A DNA stretch of 64,000 nt from Candidatus Heimdallarchaeota archaeon (lineage in GTDB: Archaea; Asgardarchaeota; Heimdallarchaeia; Hodarchaeales; Hodarchaeaceae): contig RDOB01000002.1 in NCBI GenBank assembly GCA_011364965.1, positions 128,001-192,000 of the forward strand. Reading direction: 5' to 3'. Position 1 is the first letter of the stretch; every line of letters begins with the position of its first letter. This document shows positions 1 through 10,095 of this stretch, piece after piece. The notes beneath the pieces are model-generated. The model did no database searches. It had not been told where the DNA came from and saw only the letters and a list, made by a program, of their open reading frames with translations. A program made the translations under genes and the position numbers.

Positions 1-873
1 AAAGGTTTTTTTTTGAAGCCTGAAGAGAAGCTCATGTCCGCATCAGCCTCAAAAGGGGATCCTGTTGCATCATCACCAGATACTAGTAAAAGAATTATTT
101 TTGGTGCGCGACCTTGTGATATTACAGCCTTAAATTTGACAGATAATGTCTTTGTTAAGGATTTTTATGATCCATATTATATGAAGCGTCGTCAGTCAAC
201 AATAATAATTGGTATACGTTGTACAGAGAAGTGTCGTACCTGTTTTTGTGGAACAATGGATAGCAATAACCCACTAACTGGATATGATATCATGTTGACT
301 GAAATGGATACTGGGGAAATTCTGATCCAAGCTGGATCCGATAATGGAGAAAAATTATTTCGGGGAAGTCGTCATCTAACACGCCAATCATCTGAGGAAG
401 ATCAAAGTCTTATTTTAAAGACATTCAAAAAAATAACTGAAACTTTTACTCCTGATATTCCTACCACTGGCTTAAAAGCGATTATAGATTTAGGAAGGAC
501 AGAATTTCTTTGGAAAAAATATGAAAAGATCTGTTTGTCTTGTGGGCAATGTGTATTTGTGTGCCCAACTTGCTGGTGTTTTGATGTTAAAGAAATAGTG
601 GGAGCAGATGAGACGGATTTTGGTAATTTAGATAAAACTGCAAGAATTCGACGATGGGCCTCATGTTTGTATAAAGATTATCATACAGTGTCAGGTGGTC
701 ACATTTTTATGCCAACTGTTGCTTCTCGTTTAGAAAACTATTACAAACACAAATTACGAGGGATTCCTGAAAAATTCGGGGTATGGGGTTGTGTTGGATG
801 TGGAAGGTGTGTGAGTACATGTCCTGTGGGAATTGATATTAGAGAGTCATTAAAGGAGTTAACAGGTGATTAA
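1..873 (+). CDS. hydB: Group 3b [NiFe] hydrogenase (sulfhydrogenase) beta subunit, 4Fe-4S dicluster; 5'-truncated by window edge
   Basis: IIFGARPCD, CRTCFC, CLSCGQCVFVCPTCWC and GCVGCGRCVSTCPVGID motifs of the AsrA/HydB family. The frame is open from base 1 (KGFFLKPEE). Confidence 0.9.
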   Translation, partial: KGFFLKPEEKLMSASASKGDPVASSPDTSKRIIFGARPCDITALNLTDNVFVKDFYDPYYMKRRQSTIIIGIRCTEKCRTCFCGTMDSNNPLTGYDIMLTEMDTGEILIQAGSDNGEKLFRGSRHLTRQSSEEDQSLILKTFKKITETFTPDIPTTGLKAIIDLGRTEFLWKKYEKICLSCGQCVFVCPTCWCFDVKEIVGADETDFGNLDKTARIRRWASCLYKDYHTVSGGHIFMPTVASRLENYYKHKLRGIPEKFGVWGCVGCGRCVSTCPVGIDIRESLKELTGD

Positions 874-1720
874 AATGCGGAAACCAAGAGAAAATCCATA
901 TATACCCTTTGATGCTACAATAACAAAAATTGTTGATCTTAATGAAGAATCTAAGAGTTTTCACCTTGATTCTTCGGAATTACGTAAAATGATCTATCAA
1001 CCTGGACAATTCATTCAAGTAACTGTATATGGGGTGGGGGAAGTAGCAATAGGAATAACTGATACAATATATGATGAAGGATTTGAGGTTGCTATAAGGA
1101 ATACTGGTGGACGTGTAACTTCTTATCTTCATACAATGAAAGTTGGAGATATAGTAGGAATTAGGGGGCCACTAGGTAAACCGTTCCCTATGGATGATTT
1201 TAAGGGTAAGAATTTATTATTTATTTGTGCTGGAATTGGTTTCTGGCCAATTAGGGCCTGTATAAAGCATGTTATTAACCACAGGGAAGATTATGGTAAA
1301 CTTTTGGCTATTTTCGGTGTAAGAAATCCTTCTTTATTCACTTACACTGATGAAATTGAATCTTGGATGTCTCGCGAGGATATGAAGGTTCAGAGAACTG
1401 TTGATTCGTGCTCAGATGAAGATTGTTGGGACGAGAATGTAGGACTGATTACTTCATTAACTGATGACTTCAAACCGCAAAATCCCGAAGATTGGATAAT
1501 TTTATGCTGTGGACCTCCAGTTGCATTTAAGTTTATTGGAGAGTCACTCAATAAGAATGGATTCAATGATGATCAAATCTGGGTGAGTTTAGAGCGCAAA
1601 ATGAAGTGTGGTATTGGGAAATGCAACCATTGCTTAATTCATGGTACTAGATACGTCTGCATGGATGGGCCTGTCTTTACGCTAGGAGAAGCTAGGGATA
1701 TGCCAGGAGGATTGGATTAG
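866..1720 (+). CDS. hydG: Sulfhydrogenase gamma subunit (FAD/NAD(P)-binding, 2Fe-2S)
   Basis: PGQF, GIRGPLGKPF, AGIGFWP, CGPP and ERKMKCGIGKCNHC...CMDGPVF motifs. Overlaps the hydB stop. Confidence 0.92.
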   Translation: MIKMRKPRENPYIPFDATITKIVDLNEESKSFHLDSSELRKMIYQPGQFIQVTVYGVGEVAIGITDTIYDEGFEVAIRNTGGRVTSYLHTMKVGDIVGIRGPLGKPFPMDDFKGKNLLFICAGIGFWPIRACIKHVINHREDYGKLLAIFGVRNPSLFTYTDEIESWMSREDMKVQRTVDSCSDEDCWDENVGLITSLTDDFKPQNPEDWIILCCGPPVAFKFIGESLNKNGFNDDQIWVSLERKMKCGIGKCNHCLIHGTRYVCMDGPVFTLGEARDMPGGLD

Positions 1721-2503
1721 ATGTCAGAGAAACCACGTGTAGGAATTTTTGGTATGACAAGTTGTTATGGTTGTCAGTTAGAAATAATAAATTTGGAAGA
1801 AAATATCCTCCGCTTACTTGATCATGTGAACATATCTTATTGGAGATTAGCTCTAGAAACTCCATCTGATCCTAAAAATCTTGATATAGCAATTATTGAG
1901 GGTTCTGCATCCAACCAAGAGGAGATTGAGGAACTTAGGGAAATTAGGCAAAATTCCAAGATCGTTATTACAATTGGAGCATGTGCAGCACTCGGAGGAG
2001 TTCAGGGAATGCGGAACTTAATGAATAACGAGAGAGTTATGTCAGCAGCCTATTCTAATTTATCTGGTGTACGAGCAACAGAGGTTAAAGCTATCCATGA
2101 GGTAATCAAAGTGGATTATGCTGTACGAGGTTGTCCTATAAATAAAGAGGAATTTGCTGCAGCAATTCTTCATCTTCTTGCTGGTACACAACCTCCAGCA
2201 TGGAATATGCCAGTGTGTAATGAATGTAAGATTAAAGGTAATGAATGCTTTTTTGAGCGTAAGAAACCATTACCCCATTATCAATCAAGAGTTTGTCTTG
2301 GACCAATTTCGGAAGCTGGATGCGGAGCACGGTGTCCCTCAAATGGAATGCCTTGCGATGGATGTCGTGGATGGACTGAAGACGCTCATGTCAAACAGTG
2401 GATAAAGGAAGGCCTAGAACGAAATCAAACGATAGAGGATCTCGCGATGTTAGTTCACCGGTATTCTGGTGGAACTAAGGATTCAGAAATAGCAAAGGAA
2501 TGA
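1721..2503 (+). CDS. hydD: Sulfhydrogenase delta (small Fe-S) subunit
   Basis: SCYGCQ, IEGS, GACAALGG, RGCP, VCNEC and CLGP...GCGARCP...CDGCRG motifs. Confidence 0.92.
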   Translation: MSEKPRVGIFGMTSCYGCQLEIINLEENILRLLDHVNISYWRLALETPSDPKNLDIAIIEGSASNQEEIEELREIRQNSKIVITIGACAALGGVQGMRNLMNNERVMSAAYSNLSGVRATEVKAIHEVIKVDYAVRGCPINKEEFAAAILHLLAGTQPPAWNMPVCNECKIKGNECFFERKKPLPHYQSRVCLGPISEAGCGARCPSNGMPCDGCRGWTEDAHVKQWIKEGLERNQTIEDLAMLVHRYSGGTKDSEIAKE

Positions 2504-3804
2504 GAAAAATGAATGAAACAATAGATCTTAAGCATATTGCTCGTGTAGAGGGCTATGGAAGATTAATCGTTGATATCGATAACAAACAGCTGAAAGATGC
2601 TAAATTTAACGTTTTAGAAGGAGCGCGCTTTTTTGAAGGTATCTTACTTGGAAAAAAATATAATGAGGTTCCTATAATTATTTCTCGTATCTGTGCTATA
2701 TGTTCTGCATCTCATAGTATCGTATCAACATATGCTGTTGAGAATGCACTAAGTATCCGTCCATCAGAGCAAACTCATCTTTTAAGGAAATTACTTGTCT
2801 ATGGAGAGATGATAGAAAGCCATTTATTGCACACTTACTATCTTGCTTTACCTGATTATATCAGACAACCAAGTGTAATTCCACTTGCCTCAAGCCATCC
2901 AGATGTAGTTAAACGTGCATTCTATGGTCATGGTCTTGGTAATGAAATTCAGCGGAAAATCGGGGGTCGGGCAGTTCATCCAATAAGAAATGTCGTGGGT
3001 GGATTCTCTATGTTTCCTTCTCTTGAAGAAATGGAATCAATTCGGAAAAAAATTCCTCTGATGATTGAGGAGACTCTAGAAACTATTAAATTATTCCGTG
3101 ATCTTCCTGATCAACCTACTATCGAATCAAAACGAGATTATGCAGCCATCTGGGATTGTAATGAATATGCTTATTGCTATGCAAAAGAAATTGCACATGG
3201 ATATGGAGATCCTTTCCCAGCGACAGAATATCAAACTCATCTTATTGAAGAAGTTCGACCATATTCGCATACTAAATTTTCATCATTGAATGGAGAATCG
3301 TTTATGGTAGGCGCTCTTCCAAGGTTGAACCTTAATCATCATTTATTGACTAATGTGGGAAAAGAGGCTTTGGAGTTATCCAAGTTAAACCTTCCAGACT
3401 TTGATACTTATCATAATAATATTGCCCAACTAGTTGAGACGGTTGATTGTGCTCAGCGTTCAATAGACATTTTGGATAAATTTATTTCCGATGATTTTGA
3501 ATTTGAGACCTTTGATTTCAATCCTAAACCAGGAAATGGAATTGCAGTTACAGAAGCACCCCGTGGGTTGTTAGTACATCAATACACATTTGATGAAGAT
3601 CTTCGTTGTACATATTGTGATGTTGTGACTCCCACTGCTTACAATCAGCATAAGATGGAAACAGATTGTGTAGATTTGATACCTAGGATTGCACATCGTC
3701 CGCGCGAGGACATAGAGCTGTTCTTAAATATGCTTATTCGAGCATATGATCCATGTATTTCGTGTTCAGCTCATTCTGTTAAGTTAGATGTGAAATTTGT
3801 TTAA
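2500..3804 (+). CDS. hydA: Sulfhydrogenase alpha ([NiFe] large) subunit
   Basis: ARVEG, L1 motif RICAICSASH, EAPRG, L2 motif RAYDPCISCSAH followed by a short cleavable C-terminal tail. Confidence 0.95.
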   Translation: MRKMNETIDLKHIARVEGYGRLIVDIDNKQLKDAKFNVLEGARFFEGILLGKKYNEVPIIISRICAICSASHSIVSTYAVENALSIRPSEQTHLLRKLLVYGEMIESHLLHTYYLALPDYIRQPSVIPLASSHPDVVKRAFYGHGLGNEIQRKIGGRAVHPIRNVVGGFSMFPSLEEMESIRKKIPLMIEETLETIKLFRDLPDQPTIESKRDYAAIWDCNEYAYCYAKEIAHGYGDPFPATEYQTHLIEEVRPYSHTKFSSLNGESFMVGALPRLNLNHHLLTNVGKEALELSKLNLPDFDTYHNNIAQLVETVDCAQRSIDILDKFISDDFEFETFDFNPKPGNGIAVTEAPRGLLVHQYTFDEDLRCTYCDVVTPTAYNQHKMETDCVDLIPRIAHRPREDIELFLNMLIRAYDPCISCSAHSVKLDVKFV

Positions 3805-3832
3805 GTGATTCAGTAACTCACTTTTTTCCTTT

Positions 3833-4336
3833 TTAATCTTTCTGGTTATGAATAATCACTTTTATTTCATTAATAGCCTTTGGTATTGCATTTATAGCCT
3901 GTTCTGAGAGAGATTCGCCATAACCGATATCAGAAACAATGATTGCTAGGATTTTCAATCTTTTTGGCATTATTTCTGGTCTTAAATCTTTAAGCATTTT
4001 TAAAAATTCAGTGATTCGTATTCCATGTGTAGTAGTAGTTAATTCAGTTTTAGATCCCATAACTGTATCTAATGTAATTTGTATAACAGTACCTACAGGA
4101 TATTCCTTAGAGGTCGCTGCATCTATAAAGAGTGCAAGTTTGAGATTTGGATTCTTTTCCAAAATTGGTTCAACGTCAAATATCCCAATATCAATCTCAT
4201 AAAGTAAAAAATTATTAAAGAAACTGTCCTGATGAAGTGACGCTAATATCCTTAAACCTATCCCATCGTCTTTACGATATCTATTTCCAATTCCAAAAAT
4301 AGCAATACTTTTTTGCTTGGAAGCTCGTTTTGAGAT
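3833..4336 (-). CDS. Hydrogenase maturation protease (HycI/HybD family); real start lies upstream of the called ORF
   Basis: The frame continues upstream of 4162 through the family motif IAIFGIGNRYRKDDGIGLRI, and also has FIDAA, TTHG and GESLSE. No ATG/GTG/TTG occurs upstream of that motif before an in-frame TGA. ATC at 4336 follows an AGGTGA Shine-Dalgarno. Confidence 0.85.
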   Translation of the reverse strand: MSKRASKQKSIAIFGIGNRYRKDDGIGLRILASLHQDSFFNNFLLYEIDIGIFDVEPILEKNPNLKLALFIDAATSKEYPVGTVIQITLDTVMGSKTELTTTTHGIRITEFLKMLKDLRPEIMPKRLKILAIIVSDIGYGESLSEQAINAIPKAINEIKVIIHNQKD

Positions 4337-4521
4337 CTTCTTTCACCTTTTCAAGCTGATAACTCGTTCGTTTTGTAGTTTATTGGACGAATATTGTATA
4401 AAATTAACAATGAATACGCCATGGCTACCTAGTAAAATTCAGTAGAATACATCAAAAGGCATTTAAGGGCAATTATTAATATTTAATCTTGTATAAAAAA
4501 ATGGGGCTTTTTTTCTTGAGA

Positions 4522-5916
4522 ATGGAAACGGATATTGCAATTATAGGTGGTGGGCCTGCAGGATATGTAGCTGCCATTCGAGCTTCACAATTAGGAGCAA
4601 AGGTTATATTAGTAGAGAAAGGGGAAATAGGTGGAACTTGTTTAAATAGGGGCTGCATTCCAACAAAATCCCTTTTGGAATCAGCTAAAAGATACAATAT
4701 GCTTTCTGATGCAGGGAAATTTGGATTGAACGTTGAGAATTTTTCATTTGATTACATTAAAATACAAAAAAGGAAAAATCAAATTGTTACGCGACTTGTG
4801 AAAGGAATAGAGTTTTTATTAAAGAATAATAGTGTTCAAATAGTAAGAGGTACCGGGAGTTTTATCGATTCTCATACAATTTCTGTTAAAACCCAAGATG
4901 AGACCTATACAATAATAACAAAAAAAACTATAATTGCTACCGGAAGTAAATCTTCTTCTGTTCCAATTCCTGGAATTCAAGGCGTAAAAGTATTAAATAG
5001 TAATGAGCTATTAATGTTAGATCGAATTCCAGACAGTATATTAATAATTGGGGGAGGTATAATTGGGGATGAATTTGCTTCAATTTTCAATTCTTTTGGA
5101 TGTAAAGTAACTATAGTCGAAATGTTGTCTCATCTGATTCCAATGGAAGATAGGGAAATAAGTATTGAGCTTGAGGCAGCTTTCAAGAGGATGGGAATCA
5201 AAGTGTATACTAATTCCAAAGTTACTGGTATCAGCGACGCAGAAAATGGTGAAAAAGTAGTTAAATTCCTCGATCATGAAGGAGTAGAGCAAATAATACG
5301 CTCAGAATATGTATTAGTATCTGTCGGACGAACTTCGGTTATTGAGGATTTAAATCTTGATGTATTGGAAAGTTTGGACTATGGACGAGGGATAACTGTT
5401 AATTATAAAATGGAAACTACCATACCTGACATTTATGCTATTGGAGACGTCATTCAAGGTGTTCCCTCCCCTATGTTAGCTTATACCGCTTCTCAAGAAG
5501 GCGAGATTGCAGTAGAAAATGCCCTCGGTAATAATATGGAAATGAAATATCATGGTATCCCTAGTGCTATATTTACATTCCCAGAGGTTGCTTCCGCGGG
5601 TTTAACAGAGGATAAAGCCAAAGAAACGCATGAGGTGCTTGTGGGAAAATTTCCATTTCAAGGAAATGGTCGAGCTATTATAGCAGGAGAGAATCGCGGA
5701 TTTGTGAAAGTTATTCTGGATAAGAAAACCACTGAGATTTTAGGAGTTCATATTATTGGGCCTCATGCAACAGAACTAATTGCTGAAGCTTCATTAGCCG
5801 TTACAAACCGTTTACATGCGAAATCTATTATCAAAACAGCGCATGGTCATCCTGTTTTGTATGAAAGTATAAAAGAAGCAGTACTGGATGCATTAGGAAG
5901 AGCAATTCATAAATAA
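4522..5916 (+). CDS. lpdA: Dihydrolipoamide dehydrogenase (E3)
   Basis: IIGGGPAGY, redox disulfide GGTCLNRGCIPTK, IIGGGIIG, AIGD, C-terminal HGHP..E. ATG at 4522 preferred over the TTG at 4489. Confidence 0.95.
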   Translation: METDIAIIGGGPAGYVAAIRASQLGAKVILVEKGEIGGTCLNRGCIPTKSLLESAKRYNMLSDAGKFGLNVENFSFDYIKIQKRKNQIVTRLVKGIEFLLKNNSVQIVRGTGSFIDSHTISVKTQDETYTIITKKTIIATGSKSSSVPIPGIQGVKVLNSNELLMLDRIPDSILIIGGGIIGDEFASIFNSFGCKVTIVEMLSHLIPMEDREISIELEAAFKRMGIKVYTNSKVTGISDAENGEKVVKFLDHEGVEQIIRSEYVLVSVGRTSVIEDLNLDVLESLDYGRGITVNYKMETTIPDIYAIGDVIQGVPSPMLAYTASQEGEIAVENALGNNMEMKYHGIPSAIFTFPEVASAGLTEDKAKETHEVLVGKFPFQGNGRAIIAGENRGFVKVILDKKTTEILGVHIIGPHATELIAEASLAVTNRLHAKSIIKTAHGHPVLYESIKEAVLDALGRAIHK

Positions 5917-5923
5917 TTGATGA

Positions 5924-7939
5924 TTAAGTACTCAATCTACTTTTCCCTTTCTTTTCTTTATTTGAGCTTTTTTCATTCTCTGGATTTTGAAGGGAGAAGA
6001 TGAGATCTCGGATTTCAGCTGCTTTTTCAAATTCCAGCTCTTCAGCTGCTAGCTTCATTTCTTCTCTTAAAGCTGATAAATATTGTGGTAATTCATCTGC
6101 TGAGATGGTTTGAGACTTTATATCACTGAATGAGGTATGCATCTCTATCAAAGGTGAGCGAATATCTTTCTTTATTGTTTGAGGCACAATTCCTAAATCT
6201 TGATTATATTTAATTTGTATTTTTCTCCTCCTCTTGGTTTCTGCTATTGCACTCTGCATTGAATCAGATATATCATCTGCATAGAATACCACGCGTCCAT
6301 TTACATTTCTTGCTGCTCGGCCAATTGTTTGTATAAGTGCTCGTTCATTACGAAGGAACCCTTGCTTATCTGCATCTAGAATGGCAACTAAAGAAACTTC
6401 GGGTAAGTCTAATCCCTCGCGTAAAAGATTTATCCCTACTAAGACGTCAAATTCTCCTAATCTAAGAGATCTTAGGATGTCAGTCCGCTCTAGTGTTTTT
6501 ATTTCAGAGTGTAAATACCTTGCTTTGATTCCTATTTCATCAAAATAATCTGCGAGGTTTTCTGCCATTCTTTTAGTTAAAGTTGTCACCAAAGTTCTTT
6601 CATTTCTTTTGGTTGTGTTTTGTATTTCGGTTATAAGGTCATCAATTGGATTTGGAACATTAAGTCTAAGGACGATTTCAGGGTCTATTAATCCTGTGGG
6701 TCTTATAATTTGTTCAACTATTGCCATTTTACTTTTTTTTCTTGCATAAGGACCTGGGGTAGCACTTACAAAAATAGTCTGACCCATTCTTTCTTCAAAT
6801 TCTCTAAAATTCAGGGGACGATGATCATAAGCAGAAGGAAGACGGAAACCATAGTCCACTAGACTTTTTTTCCGTGAGCGATCTCCTTCAAGCATTCCCC
6901 CTATTTGAGGAATAGTCATGTGAGATTCATCTATAACTAATAAATAATCACTTGGAAAGAATTCAAAAAGTGTCGAAGGCGGCTCTCCAGGGTCTCTTCT
7001 ATCAAGATATCTGGAATAGTTCTCCATTCCTGGACAATGACCTAGTTCTTCGATCAACTCCAGATCATATAAAGTACGCTGTTGTAAACGATGTGCTTCA
7101 ATTTGTTTACCTTCAGCGTTCAATTCCTTTAACCGTATTTCTAGCTCCTTTCGAATCTCTTGGATTGCAAACTTTAACTCTTCCTTCTCCCTGACATAAT
7201 GTTTTGCAGGAAAAATATACGCTTTATCTAATATTATTTGGATTTTACCAGAAACAGGATGTATCTCTGCGATCCGATCGATTTCATTACCAAATAATTC
7301 AATTCGAATCGCTGTTTTATCTTCATATACAGGCCATACGTCAATAGTATCCCCCTTTGATCTAATTGTCCCTCTTGTTAAAGCCACCTCATTTCTTTCA
7401 TATAGATTTTCGATTAAACGAGAAAGGATTTCTCCTTTTGTTATTGTCATTCCCTTTTCTACGAATAATCCCATTTTCTTATAAGTTTCAGGCTTCCCTA
7501 ATCCATAAATACAAGAAACAGACGCAATCACGATCACATCCCATCGCTCGAGAAGACTTCGAGTAGCAGATGCACGCATTTTATCTATTTCTTCATTAAT
7601 GTCGAAGTCCTTTTCGATGTATCTATCAGGAGTTGGTAGATATGCTTCTGGTTGATAATAATCATAGAAAGAAACAAAATATTCTACAGCATTATTCGGG
7701 AAATATTCTTTGAATTCTTGATATAATTGCGCTGCAAGAGTTTTATTATGGGAAATTATTAATGTCGGTTTCTGAACTTGTTCTATTACATTAGCTATAG
7801 TAAAAGTTTTCCCCGATCCTGTTACTCCCAGAAGAGTTTGAAATTTATTGTTTTCTTTGATCAATTTTACAAGTGTCTCTATAGCTTTACTTTGATCACC
7901 ACGGGGGCTATAAGATGATTCTAATTTGAATTCAGGCAC
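5924..7939 (-). CDS. uvrB: Excinuclease ABC subunit B
   Basis: GVTGSGKT, YYQPEAY beta-hairpin, DESH, GINLLREGLDLPEV, QTIGRAARN and C-terminal UVR domain (FEKAAEIRD). Confidence 0.98.
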   Translation of the reverse strand: MPEFKLESSYSPRGDQSKAIETLVKLIKENNKFQTLLGVTGSGKTFTIANVIEQVQKPTLIISHNKTLAAQLYQEFKEYFPNNAVEYFVSFYDYYQPEAYLPTPDRYIEKDFDINEEIDKMRASATRSLLERWDVIVIASVSCIYGLGKPETYKKMGLFVEKGMTITKGEILSRLIENLYERNEVALTRGTIRSKGDTIDVWPVYEDKTAIRIELFGNEIDRIAEIHPVSGKIQIILDKAYIFPAKHYVREKEELKFAIQEIRKELEIRLKELNAEGKQIEAHRLQQRTLYDLELIEELGHCPGMENYSRYLDRRDPGEPPSTLFEFFPSDYLLVIDESHMTIPQIGGMLEGDRSRKKSLVDYGFRLPSAYDHRPLNFREFEERMGQTIFVSATPGPYARKKSKMAIVEQIIRPTGLIDPEIVLRLNVPNPIDDLITEIQNTTKRNERTLVTTLTKRMAENLADYFDEIGIKARYLHSEIKTLERTDILRSLRLGEFDVLVGINLLREGLDLPEVSLVAILDADKQGFLRNERALIQTIGRAARNVNGRVVFYADDISDSMQSAIAETKRRRKIQIKYNQDLGIVPQTIKKDIRSPLIEMHTSFSDIKSQTISADELPQYLSALREEMKLAAEELEFEKAAEIRDLIFSLQNPENEKSSNKEKKGKSRLST

Positions 7940-8158
7940 GATCTAACACCTGTGTATCAATATCGCATGGATACTGGAAAATACATTGACTTCAAAAGTA
8001 TGTTTCTTCTGGTAAATAAGCAATTATTTTTTTAGTATATATGAGATTCCTTGATATTTTATTTTAGAATTTGAATTGGTTTTTAAATTATGTTGGATTT
8101 TGTTTCAATTGACCATATTCGGGTATAAAAGAATTGTTCTCTGATAAGAGGTTGTAAC

Positions 8159-8833
8159 GTGTTCGATAGAGATATTCGTGTTACTATTTTGGGTAATACT
8201 GGAGTTGGAAAGACAACTCTAATCGAACGTGTGAAGGGTAAAAATGTAGTGAAATTAACACCCGATAAATCATTAGATGTGAATATAGAGGAAAAAAGGA
8301 TTCGATTAAGGAGCTCTGAAGATTCTCCATGGTATTCGTTGGAAGCATATCGAATGTATCGTGTATTCGCCATAGATAACCCCGGGGATTATAAATTACG
8401 TCGAGTTTGGCGTGAATCGATGAGGAAGTATAAAACAAGAGGAATGCTATTTCTTTTAGATCCTAAACAGTCCATTGAAGTCCAAAGGGTAGCCATGGAG
8501 GATAGTTTCAATTATTTTTTGGATTCGTTGGATCTTAATCCTGCAAAAGCTGATAAAAAGGCTCAAAGCACTAAATATGTATTCCATTTCGTTGTAAATA
8601 AATGTGATCTATTATCTAATGTTCAACTCGAAACCCCAACCTTTTTAATGAACCCGGAAGTGAAGGAACAAGCTGTTGACTTCCTTTCAAATTTTGCTCA
8701 TACGATAGATGAATTCAAATCCACATTTCCTTATTCTAATATTGGGATATCCTATTTTTCTGCTTTATATAGCCCATATGAGGATATTGATAAGTTATTC
8801 GAGATTCTAAAGGTTTTTATTTACGAAAGTTGA
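8159..8833 (+). CDS. Divergent small GTPase (Ras superfamily, Arf-like switch II)
   Basis: G1 GNTGVGKT, G3 DNPG, G4 NKCD, G5 SAL. LRRVW resembles the Arf-family IRPLW. Confidence 0.8.
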   Translation: MFDRDIRVTILGNTGVGKTTLIERVKGKNVVKLTPDKSLDVNIEEKRIRLRSSEDSPWYSLEAYRMYRVFAIDNPGDYKLRRVWRESMRKYKTRGMLFLLDPKQSIEVQRVAMEDSFNYFLDSLDLNPAKADKKAQSTKYVFHFVVNKCDLLSNVQLETPTFLMNPEVKEQAVDFLSNFAHTIDEFKSTFPYSNIGISYFSALYSPYEDIDKLFEILKVFIYES

Positions 8834-8842
8834 GGATGGTTG

Positions 8843-9652
8843 TCAAGGTTCCACCAAAGGAATCAATTTTTCTTCAAATCGTTGTGAATCAATTTGGAGG
8901 GGTTTTATAGAAAATTCAATACATTTCTTCTTATACTTAAAAATAACATATTTATCTAATACATTTAACATACGTATCTTTCTCAAAATAGGACTAAAAA
9001 TGTTGAAGGAAAGCTGTTGATTATCAGAAACTTGTTTTGCTTGGGTATATAAGATGGTTAAAAGGTCTCTATGTAACTGGAAAAATCGTGGAAAATCTCT
9101 AGAAAACTGATTTAAAACCAGTTTCGGATCTTTGTTCGTAGAATTATGAATTGCTGATACGAAACGTTGTTTGAAGGGATTATAAACATTTTCATCAAAG
9201 GTGGTTATCGTAGTAGTTATTGTATCCTCTAAAGACATAGTTAATCGGTAGAATTGCTCATATATATCTCTGGGAAGGTATTTTAACTCATAAAATAGTG
9301 CTTCGTAACCCTCAATCGTAAATGGAAGTAAATCTTTGAAGTAAAAGTCCATTAACAATCTTTGAGATTGAAATTTCTGTTCAGAAGTAAGAAAACATAG
9401 CTCTACGATACCTTCACAAATATTGTGTAACACTTGTTCTGTATCAAATTCAGAAGAAGAAGGAAGGTTGTTAATTTGGCCAGAGGATTCAAAAGGGCTG
9501 AATTGAAGAAAATTAGTTTTCGATTTTCCCAGTGTATATTGAATACTATTTTTAGAAATTTCAAATTGGCCTTTTTTAGCAACTACAACACGCTTCTTCC
9601 CACTAATGGATATTGGAGGGCACATCAAAAAGGAATTGAAATTCTGAGCCAA
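8843..9652 (-). CDS. Hypothetical protein
   Basis: 269-aa ORF converging on the GTPase with a 9-bp gap. No recognisable motif. Confidence 0.6.
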   Translation of the reverse strand: MAQNFNSFLMCPPISISGKKRVVVAKKGQFEISKNSIQYTLGKSKTNFLQFSPFESSGQINNLPSSSEFDTEQVLHNICEGIVELCFLTSEQKFQSQRLLMDFYFKDLLPFTIEGYEALFYELKYLPRDIYEQFYRLTMSLEDTITTTITTFDENVYNPFKQRFVSAIHNSTNKDPKLVLNQFSRDFPRFFQLHRDLLTILYTQAKQVSDNQQLSFNIFSPILRKIRMLNVLDKYVIFKYKKKCIEFSIKPLQIDSQRFEEKLIPLVEP

Positions 9653-10095
9653 TTTAGATACCTACTGCAATACCAGACAGAATTCTACTAAATAGCTCAA
9701 ATGCTCAGTTTGAGATTATAAAATATTCGAAAAAGAAAATATTACCCTTAATTATGCGCTCATTTCGGGGATTAACCCAAAAGGCCTCAAATTCAACATC
9801 AATCGTTGGTTAAACCTGTAATTCGTTCAAGAAATATTTAATTGTCATTTTTGAGGTCTATTTCAACTAAATTCGCCTATTTTCGCGTAGTTCCATTTCT
9901 TATCCCAATTTTCACATTATGGGTTTGTTTGGATTCTCAATGCAATCTTTCAAAAGTATTAATTCCAGAGTTACAGATAATCTGACTCTTTTCTTCTCTA
10001 ATCTAAAACCTGTATAAAAAAGGAAATTTTAATGAAGGGATTGTTTCTTATCTTAATCACCAAAATTGAATGTAAATCACTAAACAACGGATGAA

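Noticed and set aside
2500-3804. Selenocysteine ([NiFeSe]) hydrogenase or SECIS element
   Set aside because: All Ni-ligand positions are Cys codons and there is no in-frame TGA.
9770-9930. Possible structured RNA between the hypothetical gene and uvrC (AGGCCTCAAA / TTTGAGGTCT inverted pair)
   Set aside because: Only one imperfect 10-bp inverted match in AT-rich DNA, with no resemblance to tRNA, SRP or RNase P RNA.
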